Source of the DNA: a virus
Lineage: Duplodnaviria > Heunggongvirae > Uroviricota > Caudoviricetes
DNA: 64,000 nt
Reading direction: 5' to 3' (one strand)
Virus record (IMG/VR): IMGVR_UViG_3300044613_002694
Location: 30,376-94,375 of that record
Shown here: piece after piece, positions 37,055 to 45,844 of the stretch
Numbering within the stretch: position 1 is the stretch's first letter
Layout of the letters: every line of letters begins with the position of its first letter
The notes under the pieces: generated by a model
Told to the model about the DNA's origin: nothing
The model's database searches: none
What the model saw: the letters and a program-made list of their open reading frames with translations, nothing else
Translations under genes and position numbers: made by a program

Positions 37055-37509
37055 TTTTGTTTCTCCAATGTAAGTTTTGATAAAAGTTGAAAGTTGTCGT
37101 AGCTGATTTTCACAGCTGGGTTCTCTAACAGTTGAGCAGTTTGTTGTTCTAGATCTTTCATGATGGTCTCTGCTGCTTGGGCTGCACTCGGGTAAGATAT
37201 CATTGAAATATCTTCTTTTTTCATGGTTGCGACAAAAGCATCCCATGCAGCTTGTTGCTCAGTGTTTAATGTTATAGATGGTCTAGCAATAGTGCCTTCT
37301 ACAATAGCGGTGGCTAATTTATCGATAGCATATCTGCCAGCTGCAATCATTGGTGCAAAAGCTGGGTCAACATTGTATTTTGTACTAGTAGAACCAGGCT
37401 TGCAAACAACCAAATGTGCTCCATCTGGGTATGAACTCAGTAGTTTATCATCATACTCGCTGACTGGCTTGTATCTTCTGCCTTGTTTGGTATAAAAGGT
37501 GATTGACAT
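37051..37509 (-). CDS. hypothetical protein
   Basis: GGAG RBS 7 nt upstream of MSITFYTKQ. Confidence 0.45.
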   Translation of the reverse strand: MSITFYTKQGRRYKPVSEYDDKLLSSYPDGAHLVVCKPGSTSTKYNVDPAFAPMIAAGRYAIDKLATAIVEGTIARPSITLNTEQQAAWDAFVATMKKEDISMISYPSAAQAAETIMKDLEQQTAQLLENPAVKISYDNFQLLSKLTLEKQK

Positions 37510-37564
37510 TCTTAACTCCAAAATGATAAAAATTCATTATATCAAATTGAATTAAGAATGTCAA

Positions 37565-37765
37565 TTATGACAATTTGAGTCGGTAGAAAGTTGCATGTTC
37601 AGGGCGTTTAAAATAAAAACATGCTCTTTGTGGATAGGATTTTATTTCAAAATCAAAATCAATGCCTTGAATTAACCCGATATCACGTAATTCCCTGATA
37701 AAGATCATGATTTCTTTTGCGAATGTAAAATGTATGGTTACAATGTTATCGCGTATTTTTTTCAT
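37565..37765 (-). CDS. family A-like small protein (...PEHATFYRLKLS)
   Basis: Divergent motif. Confidence 0.4.
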   Translation of the reverse strand: MKKIRDNIVTIHFTFAKEIMIFIRELRDIGLIQGIDFDFEIKSYPQRACFYFKRPEHATFYRLKLS

Positions 37766-37830
37766 TTTTCACATACTCCACTAGTTCGTTAAACTTGTTC
37801 GCGTGATCTTGTTCTGTGAACTAACTCGCC
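37766..37830 (-). ncRNA. candidate omegaRNA (reRNA) / IS right-end region downstream of tnpB
   Basis: Established knowledge that TnpB guide RNAs derive from the 3' end of tnpB plus the right end; GC-richer segment CTCGCCCTAAAGGACGAG immediately 3' of the stop; boundaries not determinable by eye. Confidence 0.25.
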
Positions 37831-39012
37831 CTAAAGGACGAGGCTTCCTGATTCATTGATACCTAGTAATTGACCAATCATTACTAATTGATCATACCGG
37901 GGATCTCCACAGGCATTAAGTCGGGCAGTTCCTGCCCTATCAATATTAATCGCGGCATTTAAGTCGCGATCTATTACTTCTCCACATGACTTGCAGTCAT
38001 ATGTTCTACTTGATAACTCGATGTCTTGTATACTACCACAGTTTGAACAAGTCTTACTAGACGGGTAATAACGGTCAATTATTACCGTTTTACCACCGTA
38101 TAATTCAGACTTATATTCAATAAACTGTCGAAGCATAGCAAATCCGTTATCTTTGATTATATGACCATTCCATTGTTGTATTGATTTGACATTTAAATCT
38201 TCTAATGAAATGACATCATAATCATCGACAAGCTGACGAGAAAGTTTATGAAAGTAATCTAATCGTTTTAGTTTAACACGATAATTAATTTTAGCTAACT
38301 TCAACTGAGCTTTCAAGTAATTATGACTGCCTTTTTTCTTACGAGATAGCTTTCGTTGTAATTTCTTAATTTTCGCTTGGTTTTCACGAAGAAATTTAGG
38401 AATTAGGTAACGAATGCCATTACTTAACACGTATTCAGATGAATTGATGTCAATACCAACTGAATTAGTAGTAGTAGTTCTCGTAGGTAATTTTGGTTTT
38501 GTACATGTAACTACAACAAACCAATTATGGGCTTCTTGTTTTATTTGACATGTCTTGAAATCACTAGGTAATGCCCTATGATAACGGCATTTAATCCATC
38601 CGATATTAGGTATTTTAAATTTACCTGAATTGAAATCACAGTTTCTATCAGAATTGACCATAGCTAGAGTAAATGATCCGGAAAAGTTTCGTTTCTTTTT
38701 AAACTTTGGAAATCCTTTAGTAGCTTTAGAATTCTTTTTAAAACTAGCTTTCAATGCCACATCAAGATAGCGGATAGTTTGTTGTAAGCTCGTTGATGGT
38801 GAAGATTGCAACCATTCAGTAGCTTTTTTCAAACTGGTTAAATCTGCACTGTTTTTATTGAAAAACCTGAACTTGTTATCGATCTGGTATTGTTGCATTT
38901 CTTGATTTAAGAAATGATTCCAGACATAGCGATTGTTACCAACTACTTGGTTTAATAATTGGATCTGTTCCTGTGATGGGTACAATCGATATTTATATTT
39001 CAGGTTTTGCAT
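37831..39012 (-). CDS. tnpB: TnpB/OrfB RNA-guided-nuclease-like protein (IS605/IS1341 family)
   Basis: N-terminal YKYRLYPSQEQ...; C-terminal RuvC-III plus zinc finger CSNCGS...CKSCGEVIDRDLNAAINI; characteristic of TnpB. Confidence 0.75.
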   Translation of the reverse strand: MQNLKYKYRLYPSQEQIQLLNQVVGNNRYVWNHFLNQEMQQYQIDNKFRFFNKNSADLTSLKKATEWLQSSPSTSLQQTIRYLDVALKASFKKNSKATKGFPKFKKKRNFSGSFTLAMVNSDRNCDFNSGKFKIPNIGWIKCRYHRALPSDFKTCQIKQEAHNWFVVVTCTKPKLPTRTTTTNSVGIDINSSEYVLSNGIRYLIPKFLRENQAKIKKLQRKLSRKKKGSHNYLKAQLKLAKINYRVKLKRLDYFHKLSRQLVDDYDVISLEDLNVKSIQQWNGHIIKDNGFAMLRQFIEYKSELYGGKTVIIDRYYPSSKTCSNCGSIQDIELSSRTYDCKSCGEVIDRDLNAAINIDRAGTARLNACGDPRYDQLVMIGQLLGINESGSLVL

Positions 39013-39095
39013 TAGTTATTTAGTGGTAATTGCTTGACATGATTAAATTTTGGGTATATAATTCGCCTTTCATCCCCGCCTTAAAAGACAGGGTA

Positions 39096-39290
39096 TTACG
39101 GCTCGATTGATAAAATGGGAATTGAAGATTTAGGATTATTCTGTATTGCATATTCCCTGAATACTCTACACCCAATATGTCTTAAAATAGTAGCTAATTT
39201 AACCACCCACTTTAAATCATCTTCGGTTCGTTCAACACAAATGCAATGGACATGATCTGGGTATTTGGTTTTGAATTCATCTTCGGTCAT
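39096..39290 (-). pseudogene. possible truncated IS200-type TnpA remnant (HUH motif only)
   Basis: YPDHVHCICVE resembles the HuH motif (PDHVHLLV) of Y1 transposases, but the ORF is only 64 aa and lacks the N-terminal half. Confidence 0.25.
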
Positions 39291-39334
39291 GATATTCCTC
39301 CTATCATTATTTATTGGTAGGAGGAATTCAATCG

Positions 39335-39604
39335 TTATACTCGTTCTTCAATTGGGATTACTTCATAACTTTCGACTTTTCGGATTGGTACTAATCCCAG
39401 ACCTTGATGTAATGGTAATTTTAATGGTCTACCGTTAATATCCCATTCTAAAGGCATATTATAACAGTCAAAGCACACATACCCAACAATCTTGTCATCG
39501 GTGCATTTTTCATAATCGATAAGAACTGGATAACCAGCTGCTGATTTGAAGCCAAAAGCTTGCATTAGAAAACCGTGATGTAAATGTTTTTGAATAAATG
39601 TCAT
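39335..39604 (-). CDS. hypothetical protein
   Basis: Track ORF. Confidence 0.4.
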   Translation of the reverse strand: MTFIQKHLHHGFLMQAFGFKSAAGYPVLIDYEKCTDDKIVGYVCFDCYNMPLEWDINGRPLKLPLHQGLGLVPIRKVESYEVIPIEERV

Positions 39605-39966
39605 GGTGTGTCCTTGATTGGTGTTTTATTACCGTCTTTATCAATTGCTACAAATGTGATTTCTGTTGTGAATACTAATTCATTATTTCTGTTTAAACAG
39701 AATACATCAATGTTGAAAGTCGCTGATGTCGTGCCTTTTTTTATCAACTTTGTGTCAAATTCAAGGATAGAACCCGCTGGCATACTTTTATGAAATACAA
39801 CCTGGTTCAATCCAACTGTGACAAATTCGTGTCCTGGAAATTCAACATTGACTGCAACATATCCAACGGTATCGATCCACTTTAACATCTCGCCGCCAAA
39901 AAGAAACCCGTAATGGTTTAAATGGCTTTGTAAAACTAATTTGTGTTGTTTCATTGGTCTCCCCAT
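39601..39966 (-). CDS. hotdog-fold acyl-CoA thioesterase (YciA-like)
   Basis: HYGFLFGGEMLKWIDTVGYVAV...TVGLNQVVFHKSMPAGSILEF...KGTTSATFNIDVF. Confidence 0.55.
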   Translation of the reverse strand: MGRPMKQHKLVLQSHLNHYGFLFGGEMLKWIDTVGYVAVNVEFPGHEFVTVGLNQVVFHKSMPAGSILEFDTKLIKKGTTSATFNIDVFCLNRNNELVFTTEITFVAIDKDGNKTPIKDTP

Positions 39967-40157
39967 GTAAGTTGAAGTACGGTATATAATTCTTCATTGA
40001 TAGTATATGAAACCCCGTGATTAGAATGTTCAATATGATACCATAGTCTTTGTGGTTGTTTTACTATCCAGTGTATCAATTTATGATCCTGGACGTCTAT
40101 ACGATACCAATAATCATTCATTAAGCTGTTATAATGCTTATCTACTACTGTGAACAT
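39951..40157 (-). CDS. family A small paralog (...EELYTVLQLTWGDQ)
   Basis: Motif. Confidence 0.45.
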   Translation of the reverse strand: MFTVVDKHYNSLMNDYWYRIDVQDHKLIHWIVKQPQRLWYHIEHSNHGVSYTINEELYTVLQLTWGDQ

Positions 40158-40167
40158 ATAATCCCCA

Positions 40168-40437
40168 TTACTTTCCCCATTTCAATAAAAACCAAGTTTT
40201 GTCAGTTTCCGATAATTCTGCCATTACTTGGTATCTGTTGCAATCAAATGCATAATCGGCGACTCCTAAAACCCTAATTGATTTACTTCGTCGTTTCACC
40301 CATCGCCCAATTTCTGATTCATAGAATTTGTCGAGTATTTCGTTATATGGGTCATAATCTGGACCGTTCATAGTGGCTGGGTACATGTATGAAAGATTGG
40401 ATATTATAAACTCATGTACACACATTATTTCATTCAT
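40168..40437 (-). CDS. family A small paralog (...TDKTWFLLKWGK)
   Basis: Motif. Confidence 0.55.
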   Translation of the reverse strand: MNEIMCVHEFIISNLSYMYPATMNGPDYDPYNEILDKFYESEIGRWVKRRSKSIRVLGVADYAFDCNRYQVMAELSETDKTWFLLKWGK

Positions 40438-40628
40438 TTATCCCCCCACATTAATACATACCATGAAAAATCTGCTTCATTTTTGAAATAGATATAATTA
40501 TTTTTAATGAACCATCTAGTACCAAGATTTCCAAAGTTCTTGGCGCACCAATCATACTTTTCACCGGGTGAATTGCGAATTCGTAATCCATGGTACTCTA
40601 TAAGTTGCTGTGTTTCAATTTTCATCAT
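40434..40628 (-). CDS. family A small paralog (...EADFSWYVLMWGDK)
   Basis: Motif. Confidence 0.55.
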   Translation of the reverse strand: MMKIETQQLIEYHGLRIRNSPGEKYDWCAKNFGNLGTRWFIKNNYIYFKNEADFSWYVLMWGDK

Positions 40629-40899
40629 ATCCAGACCATTTTATATTAACCCAATTATACATTGCCCGAGCTGATTCTTCCGATTCTACCTTCCATGACA
40701 TTGGACCCAATGAATTAACTAACGAATTACATATAAAAAACTCTTTAATATCTGCTATTTCTTTTTCAGATAACCAAACCTTTGCAGTTGGTGTTAATGA
40801 AACCGCCCAATACTCTTTATTTTTAACACAACAATGCAAAAGTGTAAAATTCTTTGATTTTTGTAAAAGGGTATAATGGGTATGCATTATGCTTCCCAT
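40615..40899 (-). CDS. family A small paralog (...MYNWVNIKWSGYDEN)
   Basis: Motif. Confidence 0.5.
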   Translation of the reverse strand: MGSIMHTHYTLLQKSKNFTLLHCCVKNKEYWAVSLTPTAKVWLSEKEIADIKEFFICNSLVNSLGPMSWKVESEESARAMYNWVNIKWSGYDEN

Positions 40900-41126
40900 T
40901 TCAACACAAACATTGTGTATAGTTCTTCTTTAATAGCATAATCAACAATAGTCATGCATTCGGTCCTCTTCCATAATGACACATTACAAGTTTTAACCCA
41001 TCTACGTATTTCTGCTGAATATATGCGTAAATAGTACCATTTGTTATTATTCTTATCGGTTTCAATCTCATACATATTGAATTTCTTATTACTAGCAACA
41101 ATTGGTCTGATTATTTTATTGGTCAT
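40887..41126 (-). CDS. family A small paralog (...EELYTMFVLKWEA)
   Basis: Motif. Confidence 0.5.
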   Translation of the reverse strand: MTNKIIRPIVASNKKFNMYEIETDKNNNKWYYLRIYSAEIRRWVKTCNVSLWKRTECMTIVDYAIKEELYTMFVLKWEA

Positions 41127-41328
41127 GGTATCCCCATTTCAATACAAACCATGTATAATTTTCATCCGTAAATTCGATTTCGTAAAACCCATCAATTTCA
41201 ATGACAGTACATCTGTAAGTAGTTTCAAACTGATCAATGAACTTACCATCGGATAATCCTTTGTGTTCTATGAAATATCGATTCAAAATAGGCCATATAG
41301 TATGATTATTCAATTTAAGTCTAACCAT
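41116..41328 (-). CDS. family A small paralog (...DENYTWFVLKWGYHDQ)
   Basis: Motif. Confidence 0.55.
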   Translation of the reverse strand: MVRLKLNNHTIWPILNRYFIEHKGLSDGKFIDQFETTYRCTVIEIDGFYEIEFTDENYTWFVLKWGYHDQ

Positions 41329-41584
41329 GAGATCCCCATTTTAAAATAAACCAGGTGTAATCCTCATCTTTGAACGTCAATGTCCATTCACCAAATGAAA
41401 TTTCCTCAGTAGTGCATCTAAATGTTTTGTGAAACAATTCCATATATTCGTGAGTGAGGAGATCAGCATTGGCGTAATAAAATTCTTGAATTGAATGTCT
41501 TGCTTTATCTGGCAGTTCATATATCGCTTTAGTAATCATATTATCACACGTGTAACATAAACCAAGTAAACCGTTCTTTAACAT
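41321..41584 (-). CDS. family A small paralog (...DEDYTWFILKWGSHG)
   Basis: Motif. Confidence 0.55.
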   Translation of the reverse strand: MLKNGLLGLCYTCDNMITKAIYELPDKARHSIQEFYYANADLLTHEYMELFHKTFRCTTEEISFGEWTLTFKDEDYTWFILKWGSHG

Positions 41585-41686
41585 AGGCAGTCATTGTCAA
41601 TGACGGCTTTTCATGATCCCGTAGAGATATCAATCGCTCATATTGCGACGTGTTTAATTTAATACTCTTTTTCATAAAATCTCAAT

Positions 41687-41884
41687 TTAAGCTGACCATC
41701 GTATCGCAAATATCGTAAATAAATCTTCTCGGATGTCAAATGATGATATACCAGCAGTATCAACCCATTTTTCTGAAGATTGATTGCGTATCCACCGCCA
41801 TATATCTGAATCAAGGGTATGAATGGCGTACCAAACATACCCGTCATCACATAGACATGAACATAGAATTGTGTATTTCATCAA
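41687..41884 (-). CDS. family A small paralog (...EDLFTIFAIRWSA)
   Basis: Motif. Confidence 0.5.
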   Translation of the reverse strand: MMKYTILCSCLCDDGYVWYAIHTLDSDIWRWIRNQSSEKWVDTAGISSFDIREDLFTIFAIRWSA

Positions 41885-42093
41885 GCTTTTTTATTAATCT
41901 GATCAGTCCATCTCAAAATAAAGAAATCACGATGTCCTTCGTTTTTAAAACTCCAAAGACGATCAGTCATAAAAATACCACATTTTGAACTAACCGACCA
42001 TTCAATCATTTCGTCACGTAATTCGTCTGTCATTTCCTCTTTATCAAAAGATAAACCTGGAAGTTTGAATAAGCCGCACTGTACCATTTTCAT
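41881..42093 (-). CDS. family A small paralog (...GHRDFFILRWTDQ)
   Basis: Motif. Confidence 0.5.
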   Translation of the reverse strand: MKMVQCGLFKLPGLSFDKEEMTDELRDEMIEWSVSSKCGIFMTDRLWSFKNEGHRDFFILRWTDQINKKA

Positions 42094-42237
42094 ATTATAT
42101 TCCTAATTCAAAGATTGTGTTGTAAAGGTTGAATAATTCTTCATCTGATAAATTATACACATCAGTAACCCGTATGTCAAATATTTCTTCCAAGGATTCA
42201 TCCCAGTGGTTAGCAATCCGTTCTAGTATTAAATCTC

Positions 42238-42570
42238 TCATTTTAAAAACTCGCTGTATTTAATCAAGAAAAACGTGCGTTTAGCTTCATCGTAAAAATC
42301 TAATTTGATCATCTTTTTTGCCTCTTTTCTTTGAGGTTCATACAGAAATAATGAACTGAATGAAGACTGTTCAGCTTCCAGGTAACTCTTATATTCCGCT
42401 GCATATTTAGGATTATCAACCCATTCGGTATGTTCACGCGGAGTAAACCCAAGTACACGTTTTGTTTTTTCTCTGAGTGCTAGCACACTTGGAGGATAAT
42501 CGTTGTGTAATTCTAACAACAACTTTTTCCATTGTTCTTTTGTAATTGATATAGGTTTCATGCCATCCAC
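42238..42570 (-). CDS. family A small paralog (...AKRTFFLIKYSEFLK)
   Basis: Motif. Confidence 0.5.
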   Translation of the reverse strand: MDGMKPISITKEQWKKLLLELHNDYPPSVLALREKTKRVLGFTPREHTEWVDNPKYAAEYKSYLEAEQSSFSSLFLYEPQRKEAKKMIKLDFYDEAKRTFFLIKYSEFLK

Positions 42571-42824
42571 CTTAATTTAAACCATGTCATTTGCGCTCTT
42601 TTAACTATTCTGGCATCAAATTTCACATATATATTTTCTTTAATCACATACCCAGTATCATCGTCAAATACAGATTTTAAATATAATTCCCAATTATATC
42701 CTGCACGATACCATGTATTGGACAATTGCAATACTTCTGGACCTACATTTTTAATTAGCCACTCCACAAGTTGATTAGCCTCGTATGAGTGGACATCATC
42801 TAAATTTGTTATTTTTCTACGCAC
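42558..42824 (-). CDS. family A small paralog (...AQMTWFKLRWMA)
   Basis: Motif. Confidence 0.5.
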   Translation of the reverse strand: MRRKITNLDDVHSYEANQLVEWLIKNVGPEVLQLSNTWYRAGYNWELYLKSVFDDDTGYVIKENIYVKFDARIVKRAQMTWFKLRWMA

Positions 42825-43095
42825 TGGTTTTTAAAATGTACATTGTAACATATGGCCCATCAACTATCACTAAATCTTCAGGGTACTTATTGTGAGAGCC
42901 AGTATACCATGTACTAGTTTTCACATTCAACAATTGTACCTTAACCATTTTGGGATTCAATTTGGTGACTCTTGCTATCTTCATATTATTGTGTAAACTG
43001 ACTGCTACAACATCACCAATCTTTAACAAACGTCCCAAAATGTCTCGGTGTTCAATTAGTGGTTTAGGTGTTCTCGTTTTCTTCTCTGTTGTCAT
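42817..43095 (-). CDS. hypothetical protein
   Basis: Track ORF. Confidence 0.4.
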   Translation of the reverse strand: MTTEKKTRTPKPLIEHRDILGRLLKIGDVVAVSLHNNMKIARVTKLNPKMVKVQLLNVKTSTWYTGSHNKYPEDLVIVDGPYVTMYILKTSA

Positions 43096-43384
43096 ATACT
43101 TCCCATGTATTATTTAAATAATCCCAATGTCTACTATCATAGACTGATATTGCAAATTGATATCCTAAAATACCAATCTCTAACTTTGGACCTGCGTGAT
43201 CTTCACCTAACCAACTAATGACCAGGTTAAGTTCAAACAAGTTCCAATCATAATGCATCAGTTGTAATTCCCAATGCTTGTGTGGATTAAATGATCCGCT
43301 TTTGAACCATAAATTCTCAAAATTACTATTTTTGAAAAAAGGATTTTTTATTTGTAAATTAAATTTGATCATGAATGACTCCAA
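43064..43384 (-). CDS. hypothetical protein
   Basis: Track ORF. Confidence 0.4.
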   Translation of the reverse strand: MESFMIKFNLQIKNPFFKNSNFENLWFKSGSFNPHKHWELQLMHYDWNLFELNLVISWLGEDHAGPKLEIGILGYQFAISVYDSRHWDYLNNTWEVYDNREENENT

Positions 43385-43653
43385 CGTAAATTAAACCAAT
43401 TTGCCATTTCTGGTCTTTCAAACCAGAATTCATGTCGCAAAAATTTAATTTCAAAAGTGTTAGGATCGATCACCGGTTTGCCTTGATTAGCATAAAAAAA
43501 TGAATCACTATTTTGCTCACGACACCATGTAATCATGTCATCGTATACTCCAACAGGAACTGATCTATTGATGGTAATTTTGGTCCAAGAATCATGTTGT
43601 TTGATATCTACTGAACGTCTCATAAAACCATTCCTATATATCCAATATAACAC
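43369..43653 (-). CDS. family A small paralog (...EMANWFNLRWSHS)
   Basis: Motif. Confidence 0.5.
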   Translation of the reverse strand: MLYWIYRNGFMRRSVDIKQHDSWTKITINRSVPVGVYDDMITWCREQNSDSFFYANQGKPVIDPNTFEIKFLRHEFWFERPEMANWFNLRWSHS

Positions 43654-43964
43654 AATTGATGCGCCATCTGATCAAGTCCAAGATCTCGCCAAAATTTAGG
43701 ATTCTGGATATCTTGATTACCAAAGTTTCGTTTAGTCCAATCAATATGATAATGAAGAATAAAATCCAACAAACCAATATATGCAGCAAGATATGGGTTG
43801 ATCAATAGAATAATCAGACCAGTGGCAAAGCCATGTTTTAAACTATGCATTATACCAGGTAACTCACCATAATGTCCTTTGCTAATAACTTCAATATTCG
43901 TTTGATTAACAAAATCAATGTACCAATGTTTAAATTGTAACAGTACTAAAATTATAAATCCCAT
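43620..43964 (-). CDS. integral membrane protein
   Basis: Three hydrophobic segments. Confidence 0.45.
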   Translation of the reverse strand: MGFIILVLLQFKHWYIDFVNQTNIEVISKGHYGELPGIMHSLKHGFATGLIILLINPYLAAYIGLLDFILHYHIDWTKRNFGNQDIQNPKFWRDLGLDQMAHQLCYIGYIGMVL

Positions 43965-43967
43965 TTA

Positions 43968-44300
43968 TCACCCATTATTTTTTTCAAGCACTTCTTCAGC
44001 TTTGCATAGTTGCTTAATCATATCATATTGACCTTTGGCACTAGCTAATGCTGGATATTTTTCGATTAAAATTTGTTCTTCTTTTTCTTCAATCATTTTT
44101 TTACATGCCCAATCTAACGCCTGTTCAGCGTTTGACGTTAACCCAACTATCCCATTCTCAGATGCTATTGGTGTCCAACTATAACCAGTATATGCTTCTA
44201 AATGACCATCTTGTATTCGTAATGAACCGGATGTTATTGAAGAACTGCCATTTGAATGACACAATATATGTGAGCTATTACTTTGTATTCCATGTATCAT
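43968..44300 (-). CDS. hypothetical protein
   Basis: Track ORF. Confidence 0.4.
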   Translation of the reverse strand: MIHGIQSNSSHILCHSNGSSSITSGSLRIQDGHLEAYTGYSWTPIASENGIVGLTSNAEQALDWACKKMIEEKEEQILIEKYPALASAKGQYDMIKQLCKAEEVLEKNNG

Positions 44301-44478
44301 GTTTTTTAAGATTCCATTTTAATAATAAAAAAGTTAAATCTGACTCATTAGTTAAGTCAAGATATGTTAATTCTCGTAAATCCCATCGATCATTTAATCC
44401 AGGTGGACCCCAATGAGTACACATCCAAGTGAAAATTTCCATTGGTCGATCAAACTGATTTAAATCTACTGTTTTCAT
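44278..44478 (-). CDS. family A small paralog (...SDLTFLLLKWNL)
   Basis: Motif. Confidence 0.5.
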   Translation of the reverse strand: MKTVDLNQFDRPMEIFTWMCTHWGPPGLNDRWDLRELTYLDLTNESDLTFLLLKWNLKKHDTWNTK

Positions 44479-44774
44479 ATTCCATATTTTATTTTGAACA
44501 AAAAATATTTGTGTTCGTTTACTATTACTGCCGCATCTACATCAACTTGACCTTCACGCATTGGTATGTTCAACCCATAGGTGTCTTTAATATGTGATAG
44601 TAACGAAGTGATACTCCAGTTACTGTTACTATTTGCATAATCATCCCGTATTTCTCGTAATACCACAATCATTCGATTTCTAAAGGTTCGCTGTTTTTCT
44701 AACTCTTTTGCATACTGTTTAGTGTCATCAGCTAATTCTTTAAGTGTTTTTTCTGCTATTTTATTCATGACCAT
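44475..44774 (-). CDS. hypothetical protein
   Basis: Track ORF. Confidence 0.4.
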   Translation of the reverse strand: MVMNKIAEKTLKELADDTKQYAKELEKQRTFRNRMIVVLREIRDDYANSNSNWSITSLLSHIKDTYGLNIPMREGQVDVDAAVIVNEHKYFLFKIKYGI

Positions 44775-45037
44775 CTCAGTAAAAACCAGGTATAATTTGC
44801 ATCGTCCTCAAATTCTGCATATTTTGGCTCATCGTATGACGGCTTAATCTTACATTTATTTTCTTGTTCAAAATGCTTATAAACTAGTTCCATTTGTTTA
44901 GAGAATACCTGATCAAGATTGCCAGTGAATTCAACCATCGGCGAATGTGCAACCGAATATTTACTGGCTTTACGAACAGCGACATCCCTAGTAAGCGATA
45001 ATTTTTTCATCAAGCACCCCATCTTATAATAAACCAA
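44765..45037 (-). CDS. family A small paralog (...DDANYTWFLLRWS)
   Basis: Motif. Confidence 0.55.
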   Translation of the reverse strand: MVYYKMGCLMKKLSLTRDVAVRKASKYSVAHSPMVEFTGNLDQVFSKQMELVYKHFEQENKCKIKPSYDEPKYAEFEDDANYTWFLLRWS

Positions 45038-45366
45038 TTTCTGTCAGCTGCATTTCGGAAAATAAATCGATCATCAGGTACTAATTTCCACCGATCACCT
45101 AGAATTTCTCCGAATACTTCTTCACACCATTTAACGCAGTCTTGAACATGGATCTTACTACTTGGACTAACCCAATATACATAATCTTGGTAATCAGTAT
45201 AATCATCGCCTTGACGCAATGGTCTTGTATCATATCGCGTTCTCAATGAAAATATCTGACCAGCTTGGCTTGTCATTGGTTGAACCCCCACGATATTTTG
45301 TGCAATCAATTCTGGTTGTACTCTGCGTATCATTGACAAAATTGATTGTTTTGATAACTCTTTCAT
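45010..45366 (-). CDS. family A small paralog (...AADRNWFIIRWGA)
   Basis: Motif. Confidence 0.55.
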   Translation of the reverse strand: MKELSKQSILSMIRRVQPELIAQNIVGVQPMTSQAGQIFSLRTRYDTRPLRQGDDYTDYQDYVYWVSPSSKIHVQDCVKWCEEVFGEILGDRWKLVPDDRFIFRNAADRNWFIIRWGA

Positions 45367-45390
45367 AATCCACTCCTTGGATTTTAATAA

Positions 45391-45597
45391 TTATTCTGAT
45401 ATCCATCTTAATGTGAACAAAGTGCAATCCATCTCTCTATACAATGTGAGAATGCCACCTTGCATATTAAACTTCATTTTTCGTTCAGTGAGCCACTCTG
45501 CTACTTCATTCCATTCTCTCGTGTCTAATCCTTTATTGCCATTATCTTTGCTCAATATAAAACTATTGTGCTCAAACGGCATTTTTTTAATTCTCAT
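45391..45597 (-). CDS. family A small paralog (...MDCTLFTLRWISE)
   Basis: Motif. Confidence 0.5.
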   Translation of the reverse strand: MRIKKMPFEHNSFILSKDNGNKGLDTREWNEVAEWLTERKMKFNMQGGILTLYREMDCTLFTLRWISE

Positions 45598-45598
45598 G

Positions 45599-45844
45599 TT
45601 AACTCCATTTTAATAAAAACCAATTCCTATCAATCTCATTTGCGAACCATATATATGAAAATGTATATGACCATCTCTCATTTTGGGTCTCACACCAACC
45701 ATCACCACCAAATTGTTGTGATGCCCATTCAATTATTTCAGGATATTCGTCATAAAAACCATCCCCTAAATAAACTGCATATGGATGCACGTTTGCTGAA
45801 AAAAATTCAGTACTTATCTTATATTGTTTTTTCATCAGCCCCAC
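45599..45844 (-). CDS. family A small paralog (...EIDRNWFLLKWS)
   Basis: Motif. Confidence 0.55.
   Translation of the reverse strand: MGLMKKQYKISTEFFSANVHPYAVYLGDGFYDEYPEIIEWASQQFGGDGWCETQNERWSYTFSYIWFANEIDRNWFLLKWS

Noticed and set aside
39096-39290. Calling this ORF an intact IS200 TnpA
   Set aside because: Only 64 aa, and the HuH-like motif starts at residue 13, so it lacks the N-terminal beta-strands and the catalytic tyrosine region of Y1 transposases. Reported only as a possible remnant.
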